Below, in pieces: positions 1 through 15,009 of a stretch of DNA of 64,000 nucleotides. The stretch is taken from the NCBI RefSeq assembly GCF_006345805.1, contig NC_043009.1, positions 4,588,001 to 4,652,000 of the forward strand, written 5' to 3'. How positions within the stretch are numbered: the first letter of the stretch is position 1; every line of letters starts with the position of its first letter. The notes beneath the pieces were generated by a model that saw only the letters and a list, made by a program, of their open reading frames with translations, was not told the origin of the DNA and made no database searches. The translations under genes and the position numbers were made by a program. The stretch comes from Octopus sinensis. Its lineage: Eukaryota.

Positions 1-99
1 ATTTTAATAGAATTACACACTGTTGAGTCGTCACATTCATTAAAACAATACTCGAAACACACCTATCTGCGTCTGCAGCATAGATTATGTAAATGGTTT

Positions 100-159
100 A
101 TATATAGATATATATATATGTATGTATGTATGTATGTATATATATATATGTATGTATGA

Positions 160-223
<64 letters not shown>

Positions 224-250
224 ATGCAAATATACATATAAGCTACATAT

Positions 251-286
<36 letters not shown>

Positions 287-400
287 GTTTAAATGTACGT
301 ACAAACATATGCATGTGTATATGTATATTTATACATTCACACATTTAAGAAGATAGGTAGATAGATAGATAGATAGATAGATGATAGATAGATAGAATAT
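100..400. repeat. Compound microsatellite (TA)n/(TATG)n/(TAGA)n
   Basis: Read directly. Confidence 0.95.
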
Positions 401-1161
401 ATCTATTCACTATTATGTCTATATATACAGTAAAGCGTAACGTAAGCACATTATAGCTAGAACAAAGGAAACTGCTAAACAATGGACGTCATCGAGTTTA
501 ACTGAAGCCTATGTTTAAACTAGATTTATCGGTAGTCTGAGCTTCCTCGTGTGCTCTTGGTGTGAATGGTTGTCATTCTTATTAAATAGCTATATGAAAA
601 CATAGCTCGGCATGATTTTCACAACAGAACAATGGATGTAGCAAACAAGCCACAACGCCAGCTAGGCAGAATAAACTACCGTATAAACTTTGACAATCGC
701 CGAGCAAATATTTCGATGACGACAACCACGAGAACAATAACAGCGACGACAACGACTACGATTATGATGATAATGATGATGATTTTCTACAGTAGAGATT
801 GCGAATACCTAGAATCAAAATATTTCTAGTTAAGATCAGTGTTTTATTTCTTTTTTGTTTTTTGTAGGGGTTTCAATAGGTCTTTTTTTCCGTAACCCTA
901 TGTGATCACCTTCGTTGTTCAAGACGACAATTTCTTTGCAGGAAATTCCGGCTGTAGTTTTTAGCATATAGAGAGGTTCATTTACTTACTCTTGATAATA
1001 TCCAATTCTAATATGAGTCACCGTATTCTTGGTCTCGGAATTGCAATCATCCACGTTGTTATTATTTTTAATATCCCCCCTCTCCGTACCTCATATATAT
1101 AAATATCTGAAAATATAAAACCATCTGAATTTCTGATTACCACATTTCTTCTAATATATAT

Positions 1162-1207
<46 letters not shown>

Positions 1208-1620
1208 CAGATATCACACTACAGATGGCTGTTACGTTTTTAGAGTGACTTCTAATTTATCAGTTCGATGTTAATAGAAATAAACAGAAGCGTTAGAGCA
1301 TCAGAAAATTGATTTCTCTCACGTCTGATCGGAACCTATACATTCTGAGTTCAAATCCAGCCGGTCAGCTTCGTTTATCATCCTTTCAATTTCGATAAAA
1401 TATTGTACCAGTTAAGTACTGGGATCACAATCATTGGCTTCTCCTTTCCCCTTAAAATTGCTGACACTGTACCAAAATTTGAAAAAAATTAAGAAAATGG
1501 CAAGAGTCTGAGTTCAAACCCGTCTAGATCAACTTTGCTTTCACCGTTTTAGAGTCGATAACATGAAGTACCCAATGAATTGCTGATCTTGGGCCAAGAA
1601 CTTGATAAATGATTATTACC

Positions 1621-1661
<41 letters not shown>

Positions 1662-1671
1662 CATTATTATC

Positions 1672-1706
<35 letters not shown>

Positions 1707-1716
1707 TCATAATAGT

Positions 1717-2129
1717 GTGAGCTGACAGAAACGTTAGCACGCCGGGTGAAATGCTTAGCAGTATTTCGTCAGTCGACTTTGCCTCTCATTCTTTCGGGGT
1801 TGATTAAATAATTACCAGTTGAACACTGGAGTCGATGTAATTGACTCATCCCCCACTTCAAAATTACTGCCCTTGTGGCAAAATCTGAAACTATTATTGT
1901 TCGAATAATTATTGTCGTTATTATTGAGGCGGCGACATAGCAGAATCGTTAGCACGCCGGACAAAAAATGCTTAGCGGCCTTTCGTCCGTCGCTACGTTC
2001 CGAGTTCAAATTCCACCGAGGTCCACTTTAGCTTTCGTTCTTTCAGAGTCGATAAATTATGTACCAGTTGAGTATTTGGGTCGATGTGTTCGACTTAACT
2101 CCTCCCCACTAATTTCAGTACTTGTGTCT
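1717..2129 (+). mobile_element. Two SINE family A copies (ggcggcgagctggcagaa...gttcaaattcc...tttcggggtcgat)
   Basis: Match the other copies in this window; starts at 1717 and 1928; the second is interrupted by the family C SINE. Confidence 0.8.
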
Positions 2130-2444
2130 TTTTTTTTTCATGCGCTCTTTTCAAGACTAGCCAGGCTCATGGGCCGGGTTTCCCGGTTTCTGTGGCGTAT
2201 GTGTTCCCCCCCAGCTGGACGGGACGCCAGTCCATCGCAGCGTTACCCGAGAAACAGGAAGAGAGAGTGAGAGAAAGTTGGGGCGAAAGAGTACAACAGG
2301 GGTCGTCACCACCCCACTGCCGGAGATTCGTGGAGCTTTAGGTGTTTTCGCTCAATAAACACACAACGCCTTGTCTGGGAATCGAAACCGCGATCCTCCG
2401 ACCGCGAGTCCGCTGCCCTAACCACTTGGCCATTGCGCCTCCAC
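2130..2444 (-). mobile_element. tRNA-derived SINE, family C (V/Meta-like central domain)
   Basis: Head gtggaggcgcaatggccaagtggttaggg (A box), gtttcgattcc (B box), ctgcgatggactggcgtcccgtccag core, poly(A) tail, TSD TTGTGTCT (2122-2129, 2445-2452). Confidence 0.85.
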
Positions 2445-3016
2445 TTGTGTCTATAGTAGATGGGATTATCATTATTATTATTATTAATAAATCTTTTATA
2501 TTTAGCCTCATAATTCTCCTGTATTAGGTGATGCGACACGTATCCCATGATCTCTTACCTAGATTCCTAATTCATGGTTTTATGATTAGATATTTTATAT
2601 TTATGTTAATGCTTTTTAGCATATTCCCATTTAGATTCGCGTCTACTCATCCAAGCAACATTTGTGAAGCATATTAAAACTGAAATACATATTATACACA
2701 GGTATATACATACACACACTTGCATATACTACCAAATGCGCATCTCCCTAATTCACTATGTATGTATGTTATATCTTCCTGTCAGTCCGTATGCACTTAT
2801 AGTCAGATAATGCAATCTAAAGGGAGATAAACATCATTGTGTGTTGTAACCGATGGTATATGGTTGTTTTTTTTTCATAAATCCAGTTGTTGAACTACTT
2901 TCAGAGAGAAATCAGAAAGTGTGCGGTTTGGGCGGAGTAGCATTAAACAATTTATTTTACACATATACGCCCACGCAAACATATATGGATATGGATGCAA
3001 AATCTAAATGCACACA

Positions 3017-3049
<33 letters not shown>

Positions 3050-4206
3050 TGACACACACACGCACTCATACATACAATATTCTTTTGAGAGCTAAAACTC
3101 CCCGAACACGTATATGTACACATACATAAATTTATTCATTTTTCATAGACGATCATATTGAATGGCTGTATGAAAGCTAATGAAGCGGGAATTATCTAAT
3201 TTCTAAAGATATTTACACAATTTGACGTAAAAACACAGAAACAATCACCCAAAAAACACACAACCGCACAGATACAAACACATGAAGGTAATTTACCGCA
3301 CAGAAGCAGATTCGTATGGTACCTCGTAAAGCAAAATATAAACACAGTTTCCTTTTGTGACTCAGTATGTGAGTTATGTGCGTGTACGAATACGCATACA
3401 CTCCATACATACATACATACATACATACATACATACATAATACATAATACACAAACACATACATTTTGTGCATGTGTATTTTCGTGTACGTATGTGAGAT
3501 GTGTGTATTTCTTACTGCAAATTTTTCACCCATTAACAAGCTTGTGGCCGTATATGTATGCGCGAGTTTATGTTTACACTTGCGCGTGTATCTTATAATA
3601 TATATTTAGAAATGCACTCAGGCCCTATAGTTAACGAAATAACGAATGAATGAATGTGGTGGGTTGGCGTCTCTGTGAGAAGTTGGCTAATGACCTCAAT
3701 TGCAGAGGTAACATTTATATTGTTACATCTTTTTTTATTCTATCATACCAAAACTTTCATTCTAAATCGATTACTTTGTTATTGACTGAATTACAACTAG
3801 ATAAAATAAATAAACAAATATTAATACTAATAACTATTATTTTTTTCAAATTTTTGGCATAAAGCTAGAAGTTTTGCGGGGAGGGGGAAATTCGATTACA
3901 TTGACCTCAGTGCTCAACTGATATTTACTTTATCGACCCTGAGGGAAAGCAAGTCGAAATTGACTTCGGCGTAATTGGAACTTAGAAGCATATACCGGCA
4001 GAAGAAAGACTGCCAGGCATTTTGTTACCGTGTTTAATATATAGCGCTTTCTTGTTATTCCTTTTACAGACATAATCTCGGTCTACATTTTCTAGCACAT
4101 TCTCCCTAAGTGGAGATTTTAGGGTGTGATTTACGCAAGGTTTGGCAGTTAACCCCAGCAGGTTAAGCTGTCATGCAAAATTACATGTTATTTATTTATT
4201 CTTTCA

Positions 4207-4577
4207 TATGTTCTAGTCATCTGACTGCGGTCATGCTGGAGCGCCGCGTTATAAGGTTGTAGTCGAACAAATCGACCCCAGGATTTATTCTGTGTAAGCC
4301 TAGTATTCATTTTATCATTCTATTTTGCTGAATCGCCTATTTACGGGGTCGTAAACACACCAACAATGGTTATAAAGCGATGGTGGAGGGATAAACACAC
4401 GAGCACGCGCACACACACACACATATGCGCTGGGATTTTTCAGTTCACGTCTTCCAAATCCAAGCATAAAGCTTTAATCATCCCGAGGCTCTGGTAAAAG
4501 ACACTTTCCCAAAGTGCTATGCAGTGGGACTGAACCCAGAACCGTGTAGTTTGGAAGCAAGCTTCTTACCACAGCCC
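4207..4577 (-). mobile_element. tRNA-derived SINE family B (ggcgcaggcgtggctgtgtggtaag... with internal microsatellite)
   Basis: B box ggttcagtccc; 3' part gctccagcatgaccgcagtc; matches the copy at 60293-60733. Confidence 0.8.
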
Positions 4578-4951
4578 TTGCCTTTATGTTGTTATAATTG
4601 TTGTTAGCTCTAGTCCAACGCCGACAGAAGGTCTACGATCAAATACATTACATATTATATTGTATTCATATGTTATTAATCTTGGACTTCATTAACCTTC
4701 TTATTTTGAATACGACAGTGCATGCTTTGTGGAAAATCCTGCCATTTATTTCCATGACCCATCAAACAGCAAATTGTTTTTCCTTAAATTGATCCCATGA
4801 TTTATATTGATAGATATGAGCATATAGGTACTATCTCTAGCAAACCTTTACAAGCATATATTTTAATGAGGGGTATTACCAACATATGCAAACATATTGT
4901 AAGTAGATTTCATGTCTAATCTTGATTTCCTTCTCTCTTTTCTTATTACAG

Positions 4952-5122
4952 TTCCCAGTGTGCCTGTACCATGTCCGTTTCAAGGTAGTTACTTCTTCCG
5001 CTACATGAACGGAAGTGTGAACTGCAGCAAACCGTTTTCACAGATGCGAGAATGTGCAGATAACTCGCGATTTAAATTCCATTTTAGAAAATGTAATGGA
5101 AATCCGGAAACAACAGAAAAAG
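4952..5122 (+). CDS. Internal exon A of a multi-exon Cys-rich protein gene (DUF7042-like): (x)PSVPVPCPFQGSYFFRYMNGSVNCSKPFSQMRECADNSRFKFHFRKCNGNPETTEK
   Basis: Polypyrimidine tract tttccttctctcttttcttattacAG (AG 4950-4951); donor GTaaca at 5123; 171 nt, phase 1 to phase 1; complex Cys-rich peptide set in low-complexity DNA. Confidence 0.9.
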
Positions 5123-5354
5123 GTAACAACCTGTTATTTGCACAGAAAGCAAACATACATACATACACACGCACACATTCATACATTCTCTTTATACATC
5201 ACATACATTCTCTTTATGTAATTCATTTCTTCTTTCTCTCTCTACATTCTCTCCCCACTATGTGTGTGTGTGTCTGTGTGTGTGTGTGGCTGCTGCATTG
5301 GATTTTGCCATCGCCAGTTTTCGTGTCTTTACAGACGATACATACATTCTCCAC

Positions 5355-5360
5355 TGTCTG

Positions 5361-5429
<69 letters not shown>

Positions 5430-5610
5430 ATGTCTGTATGTTTGTCTGTCTGTCTGTATGTCTGTCTATCCATCTATCTATACATCGATCTATCTATCTA
5501 TCTAACTATCTATCCCTCTTTCTATCTCTCTCTACATATATATATATATACACACACACACATATATATGTACATATATATACACATATATACATATATA
5601 TGAACGAACA
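5355..5610. repeat. (TCTA)n and (TA/CA)n microsatellites
   Basis: Read directly. Confidence 0.95.
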
Positions 5611-6555
5611 CATGCATGAACACGAACACACAAATGTGTGCACCCCCCCACCCCCCACAAATGTATAAAATTTGTTTTTGTCTATGTCTGTGTGCATGTG
5701 CATATATACTCCATCAGAATTGCAAACAATCGTTATATGGGATAAAATTTAATCTGAAAAAAAAATAAATAAATACATAAAAGCATTAGAAACCATTGCC
5801 TATTCGCTGTGGAACTGAAGAAACCAGCCAGACTATTATCTTTTTCTCTTCTTACTGCTGAACGTGTAAATGTGAATAAATTTGTAGAAAACCTTTCTAT
5901 GCGCCATTATTTGGAAACATTCGAAATTTTCAACGGTACCCAAATTAATTAGAAGAGAATCTTTCATACATTTTCTGGCACTATTATTTTCCTTTTCTAC
6001 CTCCCGTTTTAGCAAGAAGAGGTATACCATTAAGTCAGCAATCACATATACCCTTGTACAAGTCATTAAATCGACGAGTTCTATGGCATCATTCGTGCCA
6101 ACATCGGTATAAAAATTCAGCAGATCTCTTCCTAAGCACATTCAAATGAAAGTCAGCTCACACGTGTGCATGCGTCTATATATGATTCCCTTACTCTGTA
6201 TGTATGTGTGTGTGAGTGTATATATATATGTGTGTGTATGTGTGTCTATGTGTGTGCGTGTATGTATTATGTATGTATGCATGTATGTATGTATGTGCGT
6301 ACGTATGTATTTATGTATATATGTATGTACGTACGTATGCATGCATGTATGTATATGTATATATCTACTACGTACGTATGTATGTATGCGTATGTATGTA
6401 TGTACGTATATATGTATACGTGTGTGTGTGGATGTGTGTATATATATATATATGTACGTACGTATGTATGCATGTATGTATGTATATGTATATATCTACT
6501 ACGTACATATGTATGTATGCGTATGTATGTATATTTGTATACGTGTGTGTGTGTG

Positions 6556-6611
<56 letters not shown>

Positions 6612-7056
6612 CACACATACACACACGACTATTTGTCTTCATGCATACACCTCCAGATTACTCAGCCATACGATACGGACACATCGATCTACGCAATTTA
6701 CTCATCGAAGATAGACACCAACTTTTTTTTCGTAAATATAAAGTATAGTAAGAATATAAATAAATAAAGACAAACAGCAAAAACGATATGAAAACCAAAA
6801 CTAGTCGTTTTGGTTTAGTCTTCATGCCGTAAATTATTTACATTGCTATTCTCAGAATATAGACAATTATTCAATGCTGTTTATTTTTTCAATAAAACCA
6901 ATTTTACTTAAGGAATATATACGCTGTGAATTATTTTTAATGAGGAAATATTTTCGTTCGCTCAGAAAACAGCTAATTCGCTACCCAGAAAAAAAAATAA
7001 TAAACAATATAAAATAAATAAAAGGACTATGCACATGTACGCATTTATACACACAT

Positions 7057-7119
<63 letters not shown>

Positions 7120-8889
7120 GCGTGCTCAAACACTTTTAGTGTTACACAATTCTGAAGAACTCAATACCAGTCGTAGAGTTGAATTTTTTATACGAAACTC
7201 TGGTTTCCTGTCATCATTATTGAAACTTCCTCGTTCAGGTTAAAATGGAGATTTATTCAATGGCGTTTAACATCTGATCGAGAAAGAGAGAGAGAGAGAG
7301 AGGGAGAGAGAGAGAGATGTGGGAATGGATAAATGAAAGAAAACAAGCACTCAACAAATCCAGTATAAATTATATATGTTTTAGAACAACTTGAGGTTTC
7401 GTAGGCTCGTCATAGAAACCTAGAGGTCTGTCTATAAATTACCAGATATAAATACGTAGTTTGGTCGATTTGTCTTGTTTAACCGTTCTAGGCGGTGCCC
7501 CAGCATGGCTACAGTCCACTATCTACAGCGAATAAAAAGATAAAAGCGTTCTTATTGTTCTCGGCGTCTATATTTATAAGATGAAGACAAAAGCATAAGA
7601 TATTCTAATATCAGTACCAATTTTAAACATCTCAAGAGGAATTATCTGTAATCTGTAACTATTAAAATACTTCACAGATATATTTGAAGTTGGACAAGAT
7701 GTTTTATTTCAATTAGCTACGTTGCTGTTATAGAGCTGATACTCGATATTAGAGAATTATATGAGAATTAATTAAAATATACAACATATGTTAAAGACAC
7801 CACTTCTGTCACTATTCAATTATGTAAAAATAAATATGATATTGAGGCGATTGTGTGTTTCTTAAGCATGAAATAGAATAGCAACAGACAGATATTGAAA
7901 AAAATATATCTTCTAATTCGAGCGTTTAATGTGATTACTTTATTTACGTCACCGTTTCCCCCAGCTCTAACAAATGATTTGTTTGAGTCTGTTCACTTTT
8001 ATATGTAGAGGAAGCAAATCAATGAACTGCAGTGTATTGCTGGTACTATTCTTCATGATCAGCGAAAAATCAGGCCAATGGTACTATTCTTCATGATCAG
8101 GAGAAAATCAGGCCACGAAAACCTGAACTTAGAACAGAAAGTTAAGAAAAAAACTGTTTTGTCCAGCCGTTAGTGTAACCCTATTAGTCATCTCTGCAGT
8201 CCTACTTTGTACTGTATGGGACATTGAAAACCACTCTTTGTATGCATCGATCTTACCCACCCAATACACCACAGCCACAAGTACACACATTCACACACAC
8301 GACCAGGACGAAAATACCTCTTATACAATGCAATCATTGAAATAATACACTTGATATTCGTATGACATGTACGCATCATGCAAGCATACAAAACCAAGCA
8401 TAAGTTACATGCACATGCCATTATCATACGTTAATGCATCTTTTCTACGATAATGATAGTTTCCGGAGAGGTGGCTAAAAAATTAATCATGCGTGAACAC
8501 GTGGCGAATTCATTACGTTGCCAGAACTCGACGCCTTCATTTTCTAGCCAGGCATTGAAATGGAGGCTTCGAAACAAGTTAGATTCAACGTATATATCAA
8601 CAATGTTTCGTTTAACATTTCCTTGTGTCGGTAGTTGTTAGTTGCTATACGCATCATATACGATGTATCAAAACTGCTCGATATTCCTTCTGGATTCCAA
8701 ACTTAGGCGGCTGGAAACAATTTACATTTCTTATTCGCAATCTTTTCCTCACGTTTCCCTACCAAAACTAATATTCTCATTTCATGTAAAAACAGAAAGA
8801 TTGGATGACCACAAACTTCATATTTCGAAGCCTAATAATAACGAACGTTTGTTCAACTACATAGACCAGGCGTGAAATTTCTCAAGGGA

Positions 8890-9365
<476 letters not shown>

Positions 9366-10335
9366 GTTGAAAGAAAATTATGATTGTAGTTTTAAAGTTA
9401 GTGAAATTTAGACACAGCCCAACGGCTTTCAGTTTCCGGCATTTACTTCTATACCCTTCTATACACTTCTATACCCTTCTATATATTTCTATACCCTTTA
9501 AAATACTAAAGCAATAATGCACCTAGATGTTCTAAAGACTTTTAATCTGAAAACTCAGTGTATGTGTTTCTTTTACAGAAAACAGAGTGCGATAACATTT
9601 CCTTCTCTGTGTTATAAATAGACAAATCATTATAGTTGAAACATGTCTTTATCATTAAGTAGGCGATTAAATAGAAACCATGACCTTGTTAAAATACTGA
9701 AAAAAAGAAAACGTTTTCATTAAAATTAGATAATAATTACGTCTATTTATCATTTACACACACACACACGTATACAGCGGTGCCTCACAAATACACGTGT
9801 GTGTGTGTGCGTGTATGCGTTTATAATTTAATGAATTTCAAAAGGACAGGTTTTATGTATTCACGTTGTCTTACGCTTGTTTCCGATATAAAAATGCATT
9901 GAATTCAAATCTATTGTAGCTTCCACGGTGCCATCTAAGTATGAAGTACCCGTAATTAGACCTCGATAGCCTTAAAAGACAGCTCACTTTCTATTAGTGA
10001 AATAATAGCCAAGCGGAGAGTACACTTTGTGGTTTTAACCAACAGGATAGCAAGAATTGTGCAAAACCTCACGTAATTAAAAGCTACAAGCAAGGTCACC
10101 TGCTGTAGTGTACTCACAGATAGAATTCCGCCGAAAAAGATATCAGAAATTGGTTAAAGGACAACAAAATTCACGACAGTAACTCGTTTGATTAGCTACT
10201 TTGAAAAAAGTGAAACGTCAAATAATCTGTTACAAGTATGCATGTCAGTGAAGTTAGACATCGTACTACACGGGGAGAGCAAATATGGCAATATATATAT
10301 ATATATATATGCATATTATACATATACATATATAT

Positions 10336-10367
<32 letters not shown>

Positions 10368-10568
10368 TACCGTTTACTCAAGCACTAAAGTAAGATAAAT
10401 ATGTCCCCTCTTCTCTGCTTATCTTGCTATCTATCTCACAAGAATATATGCAGGTATTGCGCTGAAACAAATATGGAAATTCACATATATGACAAGCATA
10501 ATTAACTATATATGTATATGCTTACACGCTATCGGGCACAATATATACGAATAAAAATCTATGTGTGT

Positions 10569-10617
<49 letters not shown>

Positions 10618-10777
10618 TGCCTACATGTGTGTGCCTACATTATACACACTTATATAGTTATTTCGTTATTTAGTTCATGCGATGTACCTTGTTGCTGTGC
10701 TTGAAGGTCATTGATGTATGTTATTTTACGATGCGCTTTAGATTTTCATACATTTTTCTATCATTGTCTTCTTTCAG

Positions 10778-10884
10778 TGCTTGACTTCCAGTGCTTAGCA
10801 ACCTGGAACAATGGAGATAAAATGTTATATGGAAAGTTTACCGGAGATTCATTGAGTGCTGATCAAAACATGTATCGTTGTATG
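10778..10884 (+). CDS. Exon B: (V)LDFQCLATWNNGDKMLYGKFTGDSLSADQNMYRCM
   Basis: Acceptor cattgtcttctttcAG (10776-10777); donor GTaagt at 10885; starts phase 1 matching exon A, ends phase 0; CLATW...YRC motif. Confidence 0.92.
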
Positions 10885-13223
10885 GTAAGTAAGAATAGAT
10901 ACACCTCTTCATATGACATCTCATTCTTTCTTTGTCATTCAACTCTCTCTGTCGTTCTGTTTCTCTTTTCTCTTGCCATTTATCATCTTTTGCTCTCTGC
11001 ATCTTGCTCACTCTCGTTCTGCTTCTGTATTTCCCTCTCTTTGTGAGTTATTGATCGTTTATATATGCTTTCGTGAAAAATAGAAATATAATAAAAAGGG
11101 AGAGTGAGAGAGAAACAAAGAGAGTGGGAGAGTGAGAGAGAAACAAAGAGAGTGAGAGAGTGTGTGGGATGCAGAATTATACATGTAACCATGTCATATC
11201 AAATCATAGAAATAATAAAGCTCACATATACTTTCTCTTCCTCCTCCTCCTCCTCCTTCTCCTCCTTCTCCTCCCCATCCTCCTTCCCATCCTCCTCCCC
11301 CCTCTCTCTCTCATACATACGCAGTGCTTATACACTTAGTTTCTTCCATTTTGTTGAATCTTGCCCGATTGTGCCTGTGTGTTTGCACGTGTCTACATAC
11401 GTTAGTGAATACGTGTGGATTTTATGTGAGTATGTATGTGTGTGTATGTGTGTGTATATGCATGTGTGTGTGTGTGTAGAAATACATAAATGCATATGCC
11501 TGGAGATATATGCATATATGTGAATAAATGCATACATACATTTGTGTTTAAATGCATATATATATATCATCATCATCGTTTAACGTTCGCTTTCCATATA
11601 TATATATACACATATGTGTATGTATTTGTATGTATATATGTGTACATATTTATAAAATATATACATATGCATATATATATTTATGTATAGATATATATCT
11701 TTATGCATATATATATATATATATGCATGTATGTGCATATATATTTATATATATGTATATATATATGTATGTATGTGTATATATACATATATATACAGGT
11801 ATATGTATATATGCTTGTATATATGTATGCGTGTTTGTATATGTATGTATGTGTGTATGTATGTATGATGTATGTATGTATGTATGTATGTATGTATGTA
11901 TGTATGTGAGAGTAATGGTAGCAAATAAGTGAATGAAACATTATCCAGGTAATTACTTGATTGTAATTAAACCGTGATAACAACGCAGGTGTGTTTGTTT
12001 AATATTTGTTTTATTTTGCTTCCCTTTCAATTTTGCTTTCATGATGTTATTGTTGCTGAGTCCCGTGCTAGTCGTGATTGAGCTGAACTATATAATAAAA
12101 GCGTTCCTTTCTTGACCATCCTTCCCTGTTTTCGCGTCGCATCCTACATTGTTTAACGCATCATTACTTTTCGTATGGTAATGAGACGTGATTTTCAGGG
12201 AATTTAGCGGTTATTTTTGCTGGTTGAACGATTAAGCAGAGACCTTAGTTCTGAGGTTCGATCCTGTTTTCAAATGCCTCACTTAGAATAAGTTTCCATA
12301 TTCTTTTATGCCAGTGGTTCTCACACACTAATGTATTTTGAAGACTGTCATGATTAATAACAGACGTTCGTTTCCACCTAAACCTGTACAAGACTAAGTG
12401 GAAAAAGCAAGAATTACATGGATGTAAGCATTAGTTCCTATATATTTTCCCCTTCGCATAAGTAACGAGGAAAGCGGGGACCTGGCAGAATCGTTAGCCG
12501 TCGGATAAAATGCTCAGCAGAGTCATTTACTCTTTTACTTGATTCAGTCATGCTGGAGCACCACCTTTACAGGGACGTAAACACACCAGCATCGGTTGTC
12601 AAGTGATGATGGGGAGATAAACTTAGACACACAAACATATACACACGCACATACATACATACATACATACATACATACATACATACATGCATACATACAT
12701 ACATACATATATATATATGTATATATGTATGTGTGTTTGTATACATTAAGCAAAGCATATATGTACGTACGTGTGTGAACGTGTGCGTGAGCATTGTGAT
12801 ATATCTACATATACATATATTTGGACGCCTGTCTACCTGAACAAACAAATTACTTATTTGATATCCCTTTACTTGCTTTAACTAAGCAAGAACAATTAAT
12901 TAAAACATCGCAAGTTATTGTCAGCGAAATAGAGAGGTGATATTAGATAAGTTTAAGATAGTTTGAAAGAGGGGAGATAGCATGCCAATAGCATGGGCAC
13001 TAGTAGTTGTGGTATTAGTAATAGTAATATCATTATTAGTTTTCTTCGCGCACTGAACATTATATACATTGGTAGGTAAATGTATAGAAAGTTTGAACAT
13101 GGCTGAGTGGTCATGTGGTTTATCGGCATTGTCCACGTCATCAATCTTCAGTTTGTGTCAATTGGATTTCGATACATACATAATATATTTATAATATACA
13201 TATGCATATATATATATATATAT

Positions 13224-13255
<32 letters not shown>

Positions 13256-15009
13256 ATATATATATACATACATAATATATATATATATATATAATACACA
13301 TATGCATATATATATACATACATACATACATATACGTATGTATGTATTTCTCTATAAGCAGAGGGGGAGAGAGAAACAGTTGATTCTATAGATCTTTGGA
13401 AACACCTGAGATCTTACATACAACAATGAGACATGATGAAAACGCATTGTTCCACGTTGTCGCCAATCGACTTGGTTGTACTCGTACGCGAATGATTATT
13501 TTAGGCCGGACAATTGCTGAACTGTTATTGTTTGTGTTGTTATTGTTGGTGTTTATTTTTCTTATTATTTTTGCTGGTGCCTGCTATTGTTGTTTTTCTT
13601 GTTGTTGGCATGGCACACTAGACTCCTATTAGTGTCAGCTAAGCAGAATGAGAAAGTATACGATAGAAATAGAGAGGTAAGCTGAGGGAAAGTGTGACAG
13701 ACTTAAGTCAAGAGGAAGAGAGAGAGAGATGGTGATAGAGAAAAAGTGAGAGAGAGAGAGATTTATAGGGACAGAGTGAGAATGTTGTTGGAAATAATAT
13801 CAAAAAGTTTTGAAAATTTGAAGAGGAAGATCATTGTATTTCCAATCTTCGGAAATGATATAGAATTGAGAAGAGAAGCGTTATAGTACACGAGGAGGGG
13901 TGGAACTTTACATGTGAGAAGAGAGAGAAAAAGAGAACGATATATATATATGAGCATACATATATTCGCATATGGATTATACATACATGCATACACACAT
14001 ACTCACACACACACACACATATATATATATGTATGTATGTATGTGTATATGTAAATATATATATGTATTTAAAACACTTCGAGTGTATGTATATATAACG
14101 TGTGTGTTTATATATACATGCACAATAGAATTTTATGGCGTACCATGATAATCTATACATAGTGGTTGTGGTGGCGGTGTGAGGTGTATTTGGACAATGA
14201 GGGATAATTAGAATAAAAGTCTTTCACTCAAGTCAGCTTGAACTTAATGGTATCGAATCCATTGGAATCGAACGTAAGAAACACCGATATTATTAGTGCA
14301 CTCAATGAAAGAACAATAGCAGCACTGTCATCAAGTGTGTTCAGCCAACTTAGGCGGAATGCTCGCTACGTTTGGGAGGGTGTGTTTGTCTTTTGTTTTT
14401 TTTTTTTTCGTTTTTTTGTAACACAGTTGTTTGCGGATAACGGATTTAGTGTGAGTAAAGAAATATTATAATGGAGAAAACGATAGCGCTGCAATATATC
14501 GTACGCTTAGGCCTAGGTGATTTTGCTTGTTTAAATCTCGAGATCAAATCAAACGAAAACTGAGATTTCCGGGGTTTTTTTGTTGTTGTTTTTTCATGTA
14601 ATTCTCGTGGTATTGATAAAATATGTACGAGCTAAGTCCTGTTATTGTTATTGTTGTTGCGATGAAAATTTTTCAAATGCTAACATATAGCCAAAAGGGT
14701 TATAGTAATTTTTGCGCGCCATTTTAGCCATTGAAAAATACACACTAACTGTTATAGTCACTTAGAATGTTAAAGAATTTCACGTCCTAAGATATAGAGA
14801 GAAAATGATTATAATAGTATTATTTTCTCTCCCAAATACTTGCTCCTCACATACACTCACACATGTATAGACCTACATACATATCTCACCAACTAGAACT
14901 CTCAAACATATGTCCTCCACTCTTTAGCTATTTATTCACTACGATACACGCGTGTATACAGACATCTTATTTTATAACTATCACTCAACTACTTCTACCT
15001 CTCTTCCTG

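Noticed and set aside
2373-2444. tRNA-like sequence (also about 31830-31898 and the family B heads)
   Set aside because: These are SINE heads continuing into SINE body, tail and TSD, not tRNA genes
3650-3707. Possible upstream exon ending AG|GTAACA in phase 1
   Set aside because: In-frame TGA at 3647-3649, no acceptor, and no family-like motif
4912-5505. 197-aa ORF as a single-exon gene
   Set aside because: Only 4952-5122 is bounded by splice sites; the rest is intron and microsatellite
8453-8875. GC-richer island with short ORFs and coding-like minus-strand stretches
   Set aside because: Interrupted by stops, with no motif I can assign; needs TBLASTX
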